A DNA stretch of 64,000 nt from Mobula hypostoma (taxonomy: Eukaryota), in the NCBI RefSeq assembly GCF_963921235.1, contig NC_086097.1, forward strand, positions 145,330,001-145,394,000. The letters run 5' to 3'. The notes beneath the pieces are model-generated. The model searched no databases, was not told the DNA's origin, and was given only the letters and a program-made list of their open reading frames with translations. The position numbers and the translations under genes were made by a program. Below are positions 46,561 through 60,526 of this stretch, piece after piece; the stretch's first letter is position 1; the number at the start of each line of letters is the position of its first letter.

Positions 46561-49294
46561 CAGGGGTGTCAGACTACCGGCCCGCGGGCCACATCCGGCC
46601 TGTGAAGGGGTCCAATCCGGCCCTCGGGATGATTTGGGAAAGAAAATGTGTATTCACGACTATTTATTATGTATCTGTACGGCAGCCGCTCTCTCTCCCA
46701 CCGCTGTCTGTGCCGCCTGCTGCGCCGGCAGCTTGTTGTGTGTACTTAGAAAACAATAGGGTGCAGTTAACCACCCGCTGTGCATAAGCACCTACCACCC
46801 CGCACTGAAGACCACTGGGGCCCCACTTACGTCGTCAGACATAGTATAAACACACAGAGTACTCAGGTACGTAACACCTGTAGCAAGGCTGAGACTGTTT
46901 GCTGCTGTGGTTCAAAATGCTTTCCAAAAAAAGAAAAGCTGACATCGAAGGTCAGATATTCAACGATAATTGGAAAGATCGTTTTTTCTTCTGTGAGGTC
47001 AACGGCAAACCTGTGTGTCTGATATGCTCACAACAAGTGGCTGTGGCAAAAGAGTACAATATCAAACGACACTATGAGATGTCGCACGGAGAAAAATATG
47101 ACAAATATGCAGGACGACTCAGAACGCAAAAGGTAAACGAGTTTGAAGCAACTCTGAAAAAACAGCAATTAGTGTTCACCAAAAGTCGAGAGACTCATGA
47201 TGGAGCTGTCAAGGCCAGCTATATTATTGCCAACAAAATAGCTGCTGCGTCGAAGCCGTACTCAGGGGGAATCGGCGGCTGAGCTGGTGTGCCCTGAGAA
47301 GAGACAGGCTTTTGGTAATTTCAGCGTGTCAAGAAACACTGTGGCAGAGAGAATCGGGGACCATGCAGGAGATTTGAACAGTCAACTCTAACAGACAAAG
47401 TGAAGTCACTTATTGCCTTCTCTATTGCAATTGATGAGAGCACCAACGTGACTGATGTAGCTCAGTTGGGAATATTTATTCGTGGTGTTGATGCATCTTT
47501 GAACGTCACCAAGGGGTTTGAGGAGATGGTGCCCATGACAAACACCACAATGGCGAATGACGTTTTCTTCAGCCTCGTCGAGGCCTTGGACAGACTGGGG
47601 GTTGACTGGACTCACGCTGTCGGTGTGGCAATGGATGTCGCACCGTCCATGGTCAGGAAAAAGGCAGGTGTTGTTGCGAAACTCAGAGAGAAAGTTCAGA
47701 CACAGAATCCAGAGCAGAAATTCTGCAATTTTCATTGTATTATGCACCAAGAGGCGTTATGTAGCAGGAGCCTGAAAACGGACAATGTCATGGATGTAGT
47801 CATCAAAACGATTAATTTTATTAGAGCTAAGGAACTCAACCATTGGCAATTTGACACTCTTTTGTCCGAAAGTAATATTGGACACGGCCTCCCCTACCAC
47901 ACTGAAGTCCACCGGTTGAGCAGAGGAGTTGTTCTCAAACGTTTTTTCCAATTACATGAGGAAACTGGACTATTCATGAATGAGAAAGGGAAGCCAGTGG
48001 CAGAGTTGGATGACCCAGACTGGCTTCATGATCTTGCATTTTTGGTGGATATAACAGAGTACTTAAATGTGCTTAATGTTAACATGCAAGGCCGCAACAA
48101 ACTTGTTATGGAATACTACGACAGCATTCGTGCCTTGCAAGTTAAATTAGGCCTGTGGGAGATGCAACTATCCTGGAGCAACCCAGCTCATTTCCCCTCT
48201 TTGCAGTCTGTGCGTGTCGCTCATGGGAATAACAACATGGACAGGTACAAGGACAAAATATCACGGCTGAAAAGTGAGTTTCAGAATCGTTTCCAGGTCT
48301 TCACTCAGCTTGAGAAGGAATTCTCACTATTCTGCTCGCCGTTTGCCGTCAACGCAGCATCAGATGTGCTGGAGGAACTCCAAATGGAACTAATTGAAAT
48401 TCAGTGTAACTCGGCTTTGAAATATAAATTTGAGACTGTGGGTCTGGACTCATTCTATCAATACCTGGGACCGATGTACCCCAAGATGACAGACTTTGCC
48501 TCAAAGATCCTTTGCATGTTTGGGACAACATATCTCTGTGAGCAGGCGTTCTCCATAACGAACATTAACAAATCCAAACTGCGCTCATAGCTGACACACA
48601 GACATCTAAATGACATTATGAAAATCACAACTGCCCAGAAACTGGTCCCTGATGTTGACAGGCTGGTTAAAGCCAAGAGATAGCAGCTGTCTGGAAGCAG
48701 CAAGTGAAAATGAGTGACACTGTTCGATGCACTGCCACAAGTAAGCAAAATGCATTATGAAATATTGAGTGTCATAATATTGTGACTCATTCATTTTCTG
48801 ACTATTATTGTAAATGTTATCACTTCAATAAAAATTAGAGGCTAACTGTGTTCATTGTCTGAGTTTGATTGCCGGAAGCAGGCTAATAAAAATTAGATGC
48901 AGTTGTGTAGCCTACATTTACAATTTGTTTCGTTAGGTCTACATTTGTGTCTGCTAATGTTTGATTTCAAATGGTTTATTAATGGAAAGGGTGTGGCTCC
49001 CAAAACGACCTTAGCCAAAATAGCATTGTTTTTTCTCTCTCTCATCACAACTTTCTTGTAGCCTACGACTGTAAGTTAATACCAATCATAAAAATAATGC
49101 TTGCTAGGCAATCTTCTTCATAAGAAATGAAATTCATAAAGTGAAACACTTTGTAGTTATAGCAGAGACTGAGACACATGAGAGCAGGTTGAAAAAATAA
49201 AGGCTGTGGGAGCACGTGCACAACTGATCCGGCCCACATGAAGTCGCATTTTGCCCAATCCAGCCCGTGACCTAAAATGAGTTTGACACCCATG
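46561..49294 (+). mobile_element. Full-length hAT transposon (Buster/SPIN/GTF2IRD2-like)
   Basis: TIRs CAGGGGTGTCAGACT / AGTTTGACACCCATG; 8-bp TSD GTTTAAAC (46553-46560) / GTTTAACC (49295-49302); subterminal GGCCC repeats. Confidence 0.95.
46917..48707 (+). pseudogene. hAT transposase, disrupted
   Basis: BED-like CLIC..KEYNIKRHY, FSIAIDEST, MDVAPSM, HCIMHQ, WLHDLAFLVDIT and FGTTYLCEQAFS. Frameshift/deletion near 47280 and premature stops near 47389, 48588 and 48681. Confidence 0.92.
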
Positions 49295-49984
49295 GTTTAA
49301 CCAGATGAGACGGGTAAAAGGTGGACAAAGGAATCAGTTGAAGGAGCAGGAGAGGGGAGTGGAGGGGATAGGGTAGGATAAGGAAACTAAAGGAGAAGGT
49401 ATCTAAGTGAACAGGTAAGTGTGTGTGAGTGAAGAACTCCAGGAGTATGGGTTACCTGAAAGTGGAAAATTCAACATGTAGCTAAAAAAATTAATGTTTA
49501 AAAATTTGGCATGGAAGTGCAAGAAAAGCTGCTGAACTTAAAATGGGTCAGTCGCTGGAACCATGTAGAATACAAGTATGGATTTTGAAGAGGAAATTGC
49601 AAGAGTAATGATCATAATCTTTCGATGCTTTTTGGTATGACAATGGTTCTAGAGGACAGAAGAATAACAGATGTAATTTTCTTATTTTCTTATTTGAGAG
49701 AAAAGGAGCAAGAATGAGTCCAACAACACCAGGCCAGTTAGTTTAACTTTGTGGGAAAATTTTCCAAAATTTTTATCCTACCCTGGATTAATAGCCACTG
49801 ATGGCGCTGGTAAAGCATGGCGACATGTTGCAGGCAGCTTATAAAACTTGTAAATATACTTCTGAACAACTGTCACTACAATCAGTAATTTCCCCTTACT
49901 TTTGAACCATCATAATTAACTCGTGATTTCATGATCTTCTGAAGGACTTGACAGACTTAACACTTAAGAATGCAGGTATGGCAC

Positions 49985-52972
49985 CTTTAATCAGATGAAG
50001 GTACATCACCATGGCTGAAAGAGAGGGAGGAGGGGAGGATTCTAAGCTAGACTAAAACAACAGGGTATGAAACTTCCTCTACCTAGTACCTAGTTAGCAA
50101 ATATACAGTCACTGGAGAACTGGATTGAGGACCTAAGTGTTTCTTATCGAAACAGTTCTCCTCCGTGACCCTGACCACAGCTTACATACCATACAAGCCT
50201 GATGTTAAGCAGGTACTTTCTTTTTATTAAGTGCAATTGTGAACAATAGCCAGATCAGAAATGCTGATCAAGTCAACTAGTTCCCAAAGAGAATTCTGAT
50301 AGGCCAGTCAGATTGTTCACTGCTGCTCAGCGATAGAACACAAAACAGGCACAAGGGTCGCTAGCCCCTGTACCCCAAAAACACACCTGAGCGTTGCAGC
50401 GGAGGTATGTGCTGTGCATGACCTGATCTGAAAGCATCATGTTGACTCATTACAGATCGTGTTCACGGTGGAACAGCTTAGTCAAGGATGGGGTGATCAG
50501 CACAGATGAACAAATTATACCTCCACTATTTGAAGTACTAAGCACCACCATCAGCAAACAAGAAACAGCCTACACTGTTGCCTTTCCAATCATTGCCATG
50601 GACTTTGGTCAGGCTTGTTTGAAGAAATCTCGGCCCAATTATCATGAGCATATCACCTGCAGCACCTGAGATCCCAATACACTTGGCCACTGCAATACCA
50701 CCATAAGGAATGCCTGCCGTTTGATCTTAGACCACATTTTGGGAAAACTGATTATTTGGTTGTCCTCCTCCTACCTGCATACAGGCAGAGGCTAAAGAGC
50801 AAGGCTACAGGAGTGGACAATGAAGAGGTGAATGTAGGAGGCAGAGGAGCAGCCACAGGAGTGCTTTGAGTTGGTGGACTGGGCTGTATTCAAGGACTCA
50901 TCAGAGGATCTGAATGAATACCATAGTTATCATGGACTTTATAAAAACAGTCATAGCTGAGTGTGTCCCCACAACATCATTCGGAGTCTTCCCCAACCAG
51001 AAGCCCTGAATGAACCATGAGATCTGCAAACTGTTGAGTGGTCTTCAGGTCTGGTAATCAGGGAAAATACAAGAGGTCCATGAACAACTCCAGAAAGCTA
51101 TCTCTCCAGAAAGTGGCAAATCCAGACCAACTTGAATCTTTGAAGGATACTCGACAGCTATAATGGGCTTAAATGCTATCACTTCCTTCAAAATTAAACT
51201 AAGCAACATTGGTGACAACAAGGTTTCACTCCCAGATGAGCTCAATATGTTTTCTGCTTGCATTGACCATCAAAATACAGAGGCACCTTTACAAACTCTA
51301 CAGCCCCTGATGACCCTGTGATTTCAGTCTCTAAGGCCGACGTGAAAGCATTCTTCAGTAGGGTGAATCCACAGAAAGCATCCAGCCCATACAGGGTTCC
51401 TAGCCAAGTACTAAAGACCTAAGTTGATCAGCTAGCTGGAGTGTTCACCATTATCTTTAACCTTTTGCTTCAACAGTCTGAGGTGCCCACCTGATTCAAG
51501 CAGGCTTCAATTATACTGGTGCCTGAGAACAGCATGGTCACCTGCCACTGTGAAGGAGTGCTTTGAGAGGTTAGTTATGAAACATATAACTCTTGCTTGA
51601 GAAGTGATTTGACCTACTCCAGTTTGCCTCCCATCACAACAGATCCACAGCTGATGCCCTTTCAGTGGCTATTCACTCAACCCTGGAACATCTGGACAGC
51701 AAAGATCCATACAACAGGATGCTCTCCATTGAGTGCAGCTCAGCACTCAATATCATCATCCTCTCAAAACTAATCAATAAGCTTCAAGACCTGGGCCTCA
51801 GTACCTCCTTATACAACTGGATTCTCAGTTTCCTCACTTGCAGACCCCAGTCAGTTCAGACTGGCAACAACATCTCCTCCACCATCACCGTCATCACAGG
51901 TACACCACAAGGCTGTGCTTAGCCTCCTGCTCAACTCACTTTACACTTATGACTGCAAGGTTAAACACAGCTCCAATGATATATTTAAGTTTGCTGATGG
52001 CACCACTGTCATTGGCCGACTCAGATGTGGTTATGAATCAGCTTAGAGAAGGGAGATTGAAAATCTAGCTCAGTGGTGCCACAGCAACATCCTCTCACCC
52101 AATGTCAGCGAGATGAAAGGAATGATTATTGATCTCAGGAGGAGGAAACTGGAGGTCCATGGGCCAGTCCTCATCAGGAGTCAGAGGTGGAGAGGGTCAG
52201 CAATTTTAAATTCCTTAGTGTTATAATTTCAGAGGATCTGTCCTGGGTTCAGCACATTAGTGCCATTATGAAGAAACTACAGCAGCACCACTACTTTTTC
52301 AGAAGTTTGTGAAGATTCGGAATGTGTTCTAAAACTTTGAAAACTTCTATAGATGTGTGGTTGCATCATGGCCTAGTATGGATATACCAATGCCCTTGAA
52401 TGGAAAAGACTACAAAAAACAGTGGAAATAGCCCAGTCCATCATGAGTAAAGCTCCCCACCACTGAACACATCTACACAGAACGTTGTCACAGGAAAGTA
52501 ACATCCATCATCAGCAATCCCCACCACCAGGTCATATCCTCTTCTCACTACTACCATCAGGGAGCAGGTACAGGAACCTCAGGACCCACAGCACCAGTTA
52601 TTACCCCTCACCATCAGGCTCTTGAACCAGAAAAGCTAACTTTACTCAAGTTACTCACCCCCTCACTGAAGTGTTCCCACAACCTATGGACTCACTTTCA
52701 GGGACTCTTCATTTCATGTTCCTGATATTTATTGCTTATTTGTTATTTATTATTATTGTTTTATTTTGTTTTTTCTTTCTTTTTGTATGTGCACAGTTTG
52801 TTGTCTTTTGCACGTTAGTTGTTTGCCTGTCCTTTTGGCTGCGATCTTTCATTGATTCCATTGTGTTTCTTGCATGTACTGTGAATGCCTGCAAGAAAAT
52901 GAATCTCGGGGTTGTATATGGTGAAGTATAAGTACTTCGATAATAAATTTACTTAGAGCTTTTGAACTTTGA
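49985..52972 (+). mobile_element. Long Rex1/Babar LINE (APE and RT), decayed
   Basis: [55 protein letters not shown] tail. Confidence 0.85.
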
Positions 52973-54051
52973 GAAGGAAATGGATTAATTAATATAGGTT
53001 GTTGGACAAAGTTAGAAAGGATAATGCAGTTGATGTGGTGTACTTGGACTTCCAGATCACTTTTAATAAGGTGCCACTTAATAAGTTTAGCAGAAAAGTT
53101 GAGGCACATACTTAAAATGAACATTGTGAGCATAGATACACAGATGTTAAGTAACAGACAAAGAAGCATGATGAATGAATGTTTTTCAGACTGGGGGAAG
53201 AAGGTGCATTGATTTTTCTTTGATCTACAGTATATTAATGATTGAAGTTTGGGAGTTCAAAATTTTGTGGATGAGACAATACTTACAACATTGTGAATTG
53301 CAAAGAGGATAGAGATAGATTGTATCAAGACATAAACTGGCTGGAGCAATGGGCTGAAACATTGTCGCCACAGGCACGTTCGAGGAGTAGCAGAGTGGGA
53401 AAAAGGTGCTGATTTGTACCTCCAGTGCATGAGGATTTTCAGTGGTTCAGGGAATATTTAAATGGTCTTGTGGTAAATTAAAGGTTTTGTAAAGAAAAAA
53501 AGTTTTAAACAGACTAATACAGATTAACTTGTTGTTAAGTAACTAAATTGAGTAAATAGAAACACACCTAATTGAATACATAAAATGAAATTTGTATGGA
53601 ATAGTAGGGCACTTAATGTGTTATAGCTGCAGTGTTTGGGTTTTATGAAGACCAGTGAAACCCCAGCAATACCGAACTTTGAGGAGCCTTGATCTACCTG
53701 TTGTGCTGGAGGCAGAGAGGGAGAGGTTACCTGCACTCGGGCATCCTGGATTTGGTTATTGGCCAAGAGGGAAAGATAATGTGACACAAGGATTCAGGTG
53801 ACAGAGGTGGAGAGGTTCTGGAATTTCACCTTGCAAAAACAAGCTAAAACAATTACTACACTACTGGATGTTGACAAAGACTGCTGGGTGGACATGCAGT
53901 CTTTGTTTACATTCATGAATGTGACCACAGACTATATGACCACCCTGACCATAGCACCATGGTATAGCAAGATTTTCAAAAGGAGGTATCACTATAGTGA
54001 GGGAGAACAGGGGAAGATAAACTCTTTGTAGCCACGACTGATAACTGTCTT

Positions 54052-54385
54052 GTATATAACCATATAACCATATAACAATTACAGCACAGAAACAGGCCAT
54101 CTCAGCCTTTCTAGTCCGTGCCAAACTCTTACCCTATCCTATTCCCACCGATCTGCACTCAGCCCATAACCCTCCATTCCTTTCTATCCAATTTAACTTT
54201 AAACGACAACATCAAACCTGCCTCAACCACTTCTGCTGGAAGCTCATTCCACACAGCTACCACTCATAGAAGTTCCCCCCCATATTACCCCTAAACTTTT
54301 GTCCTCTAATTCTCAACCCATGCCCTCTTGTTTTAATCTTCCCCACTCTCAATGGAAAAAGTCTAACCACATCAACTCTATCAAT
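54052..54385 (-). mobile_element. CR1 3' fragment
   Basis: (CATATAAC)n tail and the same body as 5995-6262. Confidence 0.8.
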
Positions 54386-54589
54386 AATTTATATATTATT
54401 TCAATATTCAAAATGAAATATCAATATTTCCTTTTCCTTTACTTTGTCTGCTCACTCCCAGGATTAGGAGCATTTCCAGATCCGAAGGAGAAATTGGGAA
54501 TGATGGAGAACAGTTAATAGGAATAATATTCTGTTGAGAGACTTTTAACAGTTAGGTTTCAAAATAAGGAGAAGCAATGGTAAAATATT

Positions 54590-55385
54590 CAGAAACACAA
54601 GGAGAAAGTGCTGGTGATGCTCAGCAGATCAAGCAGCATCCGAGCAGAGAGAAAAACAAAGGTAATATTTCAGATTAATAAGCTCTGCGAGAAAATGAGG
54701 ATGCCTTAAATTGCAGAGGTGGGTGTTTCTGTTGGAGGAAACAAAGCAACTGCTTATGTCTTGATGACAGACATGTTGTTAGTGACCTCAGAAAGTGTGA
54801 TGAATGCTTGCTTATCACAGCTGATCTGTGTGGAGGAGCGTAAACAGAGGGCAGTGAATAAAGGCAAAAGGGGAAAGAAGTCCAAAACTGTGAAATGAAG
54901 AACAGAAGAGCTGCTGGAAAGGTGAAATGAAACAAAGTGCAGGGTAGAATCAGCATCTCCAGTAGCATTGATGGAGGGAAAACTAAAGCTGACTAAGTTA
55001 GTGCATGACCTGGCATCAGTAGTGGCCAGTTCTGACACAATTTGGAAATGTTGCTTTACTAAAACTGTCAAAGTCAATGCTGACGGTAGATGAGTTGCTG
55101 TTCGAAGAGCTTATGTTGGGTTTCATTGGAACAGTGGGAGAAGCCAAGGATACAGAGGTCAGAATGGAAGTTGGTTTGGAGAATTAAAGTGACAGACAGC
55201 AAAAGCAGAGTCGCCCTTGCAGACAAAATGGAAGCGTTCTTCAAAGTGGTCATCGATCGATATTTGTTTTCTCCAAATTAGATCAAGCTATTTCATGAGC
55301 ATAGAATGCAATAGGCTAAATCAGAAGTTGGTTGAATTATTGCATAACCTGTGGGGGGGGGGAGCTGTTTAGATCCATAAACAGT
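54590..55385 (-). mobile_element. Old Penelope-like remnant
   Basis: pLTR-type arm GCTCAGCAGATCAAGCAGCATC, with decayed sequence at 55090-55350 resembling the GIY-YIG region. Confidence 0.45.
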
Positions 55386-56544
55386 GGAGTGATGGATATT
55401 CACTGTCCAGGAGGCCTTTATATTTTTGCCAAGCTCAGCTTTTAAACACTAGCGGCTGAGCAGATTGTGAGAGTAATTTAGTTGTTAGGATTAGTAAAGT
55501 TTCTATATGCATCAAATTAAATGAAGGCTCCGAAAAGGCAACAAATGTTATGCTGAAGATTAAAAAGTACCTGAGGCATTAAAGGAATATCTTACCTTAA
55601 CTATTCTTCACTGCTGAAGGGAGTCAATGGATATACTGTATGTGAAAGACAAGGCACAGACAAGTAAAGCGAGAAGAAATGGGGCTAATGCGATTGCTGC
55701 TGGAAGCCAGTAAGAGCTCAACTGAAAAAATGTCCTCTTGTGTCATGACAAGAGAAATGCAATAAAAATGGAGCTTTGGTTTTTGTAGCCAAAGCTTTCT
55801 ACGTTTCCTTCAGATTTAGTGCTCCTATACACTCAGAGATTTAATTTCAGTGTTGGTTCAAACTCAGAGAGAAGAGTTGAAAACAAGTGGTGCAATGAAA
55901 ACAAAAGCTTTAACAAGTGCAGCATCGAGGAGCCTAATATTACAACAGTCAATGTGAATTAAGGCTAAGCTCCATCATTAACCAATGAACACTATTACTA
56001 TTGTCAGAAGACAACTATCTCACTCCTCGGGACATTATTACAGGAAATCCCAAGGGTTTTGACCCAGGCACAATCAACTTCAGTTTCTTCATCAATTAAA
56101 GTAGGAAAGTTCCCTGATGACTACAGGCCATTTATATCCAATAAAAATTCTTCAATTATGTCATGAATTAGTCCATCCCTGCAAACAGGGTTGGCAAGGC
56201 CAAAGTAATATTCACGTACCTATAAATGACATGTAATGTCTATCTCCAGAAAACGTTTATATGACACATAAACAGAAAATGCTGGAAGAATTCAGCAAAG
56301 CAAATAATATCTATGGAAAGGAGAAACAGACTTCAAGATAGGGTCTCTTACAAAATGTTAACTACCTGGCTAAGCCCTTGCAGTGTTTTTGTTTAATTTT
56401 CAAAATTTGTGTTTTTACTTGTTTTAATTTTTGATTAACTGGCATTTACCACAATCAATAAGGGCAGTACAGTGAAACTGCGATTATCTGACATTCTCTA
56501 GCTTTAATGGTGCCAGACTAGGTGATTTTCTGAACCATACAATT

Positions 56545-56770
56545 AATGATTCTGTGGAATTCTCTGCCACAGGAAACAGTTGAGGCCTGTTCATTGGCTA
56601 TACTTAAGAGGGAGTTAGATATGGCCCTTGTGGCTAAAGAGATCGGGGGTATGGAGGGAAGGCTGGTACAGGGTTCTGAGTTGGGTGATCAGCCATGATC
56701 ATACTGAATGGCGGTGCAGGCTCGAAGGGCCGAATGGCCTACTCCTGCACCTATTTTCTATGTTTCTATG
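56545..56770 (+). mobile_element. CR1 3' fragment
   Basis: CTGTGGAATTCTCTGCCACAG..GGCTCGAAGGGCCGAATGGCCTACTCC and a (TTTCTATG)n tail. Confidence 0.85.
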
Positions 56771-57627
56771 ATTACATACTTAAAGGGACAAGAAACATAA
56801 ATTTTAACTTTAAAATTCACTTGCTTCCACAAAGAAATGTAAAAACATGACACTTGCAGGTTACTAAAAGGTTCTATTAAAATTTCTGTTTTCAATTGTG
56901 ACATCATTGCAACACAACAAGCACATCTCTCTCCTTATCACCTTCTTTTAGTCAACACCTAAGTCAGTCCATCAAATATCCTTTGTATGTATCTTAGAAA
57001 CCATCAGAAATGAATGCAAGATGAATAAAACAGAAAGCCTGTAAGTTCAGAAAATCCGATATCATCTTGTTGGGAATATACAAAGAAGAAAAGTGTTAAT
57101 GTTATACATAGGACTCCTCAAGGACAAGGTACCTCAGCTATAAGAGTAGAAGGCTGAGCGGAGGTGAGAGCAGAGTAAAATGCTATATCTTGTCACCAGA
57201 GAGCATTAAAAAGCAATTTCATGGCTATGCAGTTTATTTAAGTGGTACACATACATAGAACTTATTTCTATTGGCTAATGAATCAGAAATAAGGGGACAC
57301 AAGTTGGTAAAACATCTGCAATTTTCCTCCAGAACGGATGCTGGAAGAAAGCTTCTGAAGTGTCAAAAGAGAAATGGTTACGTTAAAGAAGGGAAATAGT
57401 TAAATTAAAGAAGGGAAATGAAAAACAGCAGGGTGTGTAAAGAACAGTGGGAGTGGAACTATCCAAATAGCAATTGAAGAACTAACATGAAAACATGAAC
57501 ATTGGGGGCTCATGAAGTGTATAGCTAGTTAAAGTCAATAACAAAGGCAATGGCTACTGCCAACAGAGAAAGGAAGTACTGTAATGAATAAATGATTCAG
57601 TCACTGACAAAAGTAAATAATAAAGCA

Positions 57628-58235
57628 GACCTACACTCTGTCCGCCAGAGAAAGCAGGATCTCCCAGTGACCACATATTTTAATTCCACATCCCATTCCC
57701 ATTCTGATATGTCTATCCACGGCCTCCTTTACTGTCAAGATGAAGCCACACTCAGGTTGGAGGAACAACACCTTATATTCCGCCTGGGTAGCCTCCAACC
57801 TGATGGCATGAACATTGACTTCTCTAAATTCCGTTAATGCCCCACCTCCCCTTCGTACCCCATCCCTTATTTATTTATTTATTTGTTTATTTATTATATA
57901 TTTTTTATTTTCCCTTTTTTCCCTCTTTTTTCTCCCTCTGTCCCTCTCACTACAACTTCTTGCCCATCCTCTGGTCTTCCTCCCATCCCATGATCCTCTC
58001 CCTTCTCCAGCCTCGTATCCCTTTTCCCAATCAACTTTCCAGCTCTTAGCTCCATCCCTCCCCCTCCTGTCTTCTCCTATCATTTCGGATCTCCCCCTTC
58101 CTCTCCCACTTTCAAATCTCTTACTATCTCTTCTTTCAGTTAGTCCTGACGAAGGGTCTCGGCCCGAAACATCGACTGTACCTCTTCCTATAGATGCTGC
58201 CTGGCCTGCTGCGTTCCACCAGCATTTTTTATGTG
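57628..58235 (+). mobile_element. Penelope-like element 3' end (GIY-YIG C-terminus and pLTR)
   Basis: DLPVTTYFNSTSHS..LRLEEQHLIFRLGSLQPDGMNIDFS, followed by a pyrimidine-rich UTR and a hammerhead-like motif. Confidence 0.85.
58142..58177 (+). ncRNA. Minimal type I hammerhead ribozyme-like motif
   Basis: AGTC-CTGACGA-AGGG(TCTCGG)CCC-GAAA-CA-TC-GACT; predicted cleavage after C58173. Confidence 0.6.
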
Positions 58236-60526
58236 AAGCAGATAGAAATGATGTGAAGGTTACCACACTGATGCAGTGAAAAGTTTATTGAAATTGGAAA
58301 ATAGCATATTAGTTCATTAAGTGGATTAGGAGAGAATGAGACTAGTAAAACAAAGAGAATTAGTGTATCACCTTTAACTTAAAATATCCCATGTGAACAA
58401 ATCTACTCACATTCAAAAAAGTTTGTAAATCTGGCCAATGAATACGTATTATAAAATTTCAACTAATTTCATGACGTGTCAATGATATTAAACGTGATTC
58501 TGATATAATCACAAACTAGAAAATATTAAATCTCATCCTATTAACACAGAAACGCAAAAGCTTCTGCAGACACTGGAAATCTTGAGCAACACAAACAAAA
58601 TGCTGGAGGAACTCAGCAAGTCCGGCAGAATCTATGGTGGTGAATACCAGGATGAGGCTGTTCAGGTCTGCTTAACTCAGTCAAGTTCATCTGCATTATT
58701 CAACGTTAATTGTGAAATTAAAATTAAAATTGGGTCTTGTGTAAATGGGGAGAAAAGCAGAAGTTGTACTTTGTGATTGCAATCTGGTTGCTTGGATTAT
58801 GAGGAACAGATTGTGTAACTTTTAAAACATAAAACATTATGTTCACTTAACACTTCAAATCATCATTTTTGATGCTCCTATGTTGTTCCTCATAACTTTT
58901 AAAAATGAGCTCTCAAAAAGAATTCAAACAATTCTGTGATCAGTTGATGGCAATGGAGCATTCTAGGTGATTAGGGAAAATTTCCAAAATGTTTCAGAAA
59001 CTAAAACACTGAAATATGGTTATTTGCAATGTAATGAACACAACAATCAATTTATCACAGCATAGCTCCAAAAGAGCAATGTGATAATAACTTTATGGAT
59101 GAGTGTTGATGGTCAAAATGCAAAAGTGGATTGCCCATTACCTCTGAAATAGCTAATTTAAGTGTATCTTTAAAGCAGGGAAGTGTTCTTTCACCAGTGC
59201 CATACTTCCTCAGAGCTGCACTGAAATATTAGCTTTGGCTTCTTGCTCCAATATCTGGAAAATGCGGTTCTTCTCCAAACTAAAGCTATGATGCAGTTCA
59301 TTCTGCCTGTTTGTGCTTCAGTAGAATTTTTCCACTCCAGGAAAAAGAGGGCCATATTCATGCTTTGGAAAATGTCAGCAAATAATTCTAATGTAGTGCA
59401 GGACAAAAGGAAATTCCTTATTCAAGAGAAATTATTTTTCCTTCTGATTCCATTTGCTAGTAATAGGAGCCAAACATTATGTCCATACAGTTTTAAGCAT
59501 AGTACACTAAACAGTTTGCCATCTCTGGGGATTATGCCAGGAATTCCCACTGCTGCTGGGTGCAGTCCAGCATCTTGCCACCAGGCTAAATTATGTGCTT
59601 AATACAACTTAGCATGTTTCTTACAAAAAAGGTCAAATGTAATTGCCGGGCACAAGCTCTTATTTCCATAGATCATGGGATAGGTAAAAATTAAGATATT
59701 TTCAAAGAGTTATTGAAGAAAGGAGCGTGTGTGGGAATTCCATCAGCACTAAGAGAAGGACATTGGTTTCCTCCTACACTAATATTATCCCGTAGTCAGC
59801 AATGCTAGTTTGCATTTCTCTGTCAGTGTACAGATTGGTTTTACAAGTCTTGATTGTTTCAGTTCAACTATTAAGAAAGAGAGAGAATCTGAACAAAACC
59901 AGAAGGCTGATTTAGCAGTAAAGTAATGTTTGTCGCTGACAGATTATCCAAGCATTTGAAAGACACAGCTCAGGAAAACAAAACAGCACTTGTTATAACA
60001 TGCCAAATAGGCATGACAGAGAATTTTCTTAAATGAAACAACCATCAGGGGATTAACTTTCTTCAGAATAAAACTAACTACATCTTTGAAAAGCAAAAAG
60101 TTCTTGCAGAAAACATTTACTCTACAGCAACAACAGAATTTATAAGCAAACCAAGTGCCTTACCTATAGTTGCAGTGATGCTTAGTTTGTCCTGAGTGGA
60201 CTAATGTTTCACATCTGCCCGCACTAACAATGCAAGCATGTGATACCAAGAATATTCCACTGTAGTGTAAACTGCCTCAATAAGGAAGTATAGTTCAGCA
60301 AACAAGCTCCTCCTTCCCATGTTGCTTTGCATAAATTCCAAGTAACCATAGAGATGACTGGTGCACCTTTCCAGACTCAATGCCTCCCTCTAGCCAATTA
60401 ATTTTTAAGAGTCAAATACAGAAATCCCACTAGATTTACCTTGCTTTACATATACTGAAATGTGGATTATATGCATCTGCAGTCACAGGAATAAATTAGA
60501 TGCAAAAGTACAGGACAAAATTACTC

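Noticed and set aside
47400..48590. Domesticated GTF2IRD2/ZBED-like host gene
   Set aside because: Flanked by TIRs and a TSD and disrupted by a frameshift and stops, so it is a transposon copy.
53370..54050. Possible CR1 ORF1 / 5' region
   Set aside because: Too decayed to support beyond a vague resemblance, so it is not listed as a feature.
59191..59602. Overlapping ORFs in non-repeat-looking sequence
   Set aside because: No recognisable motif and no coherent splice-site pair.
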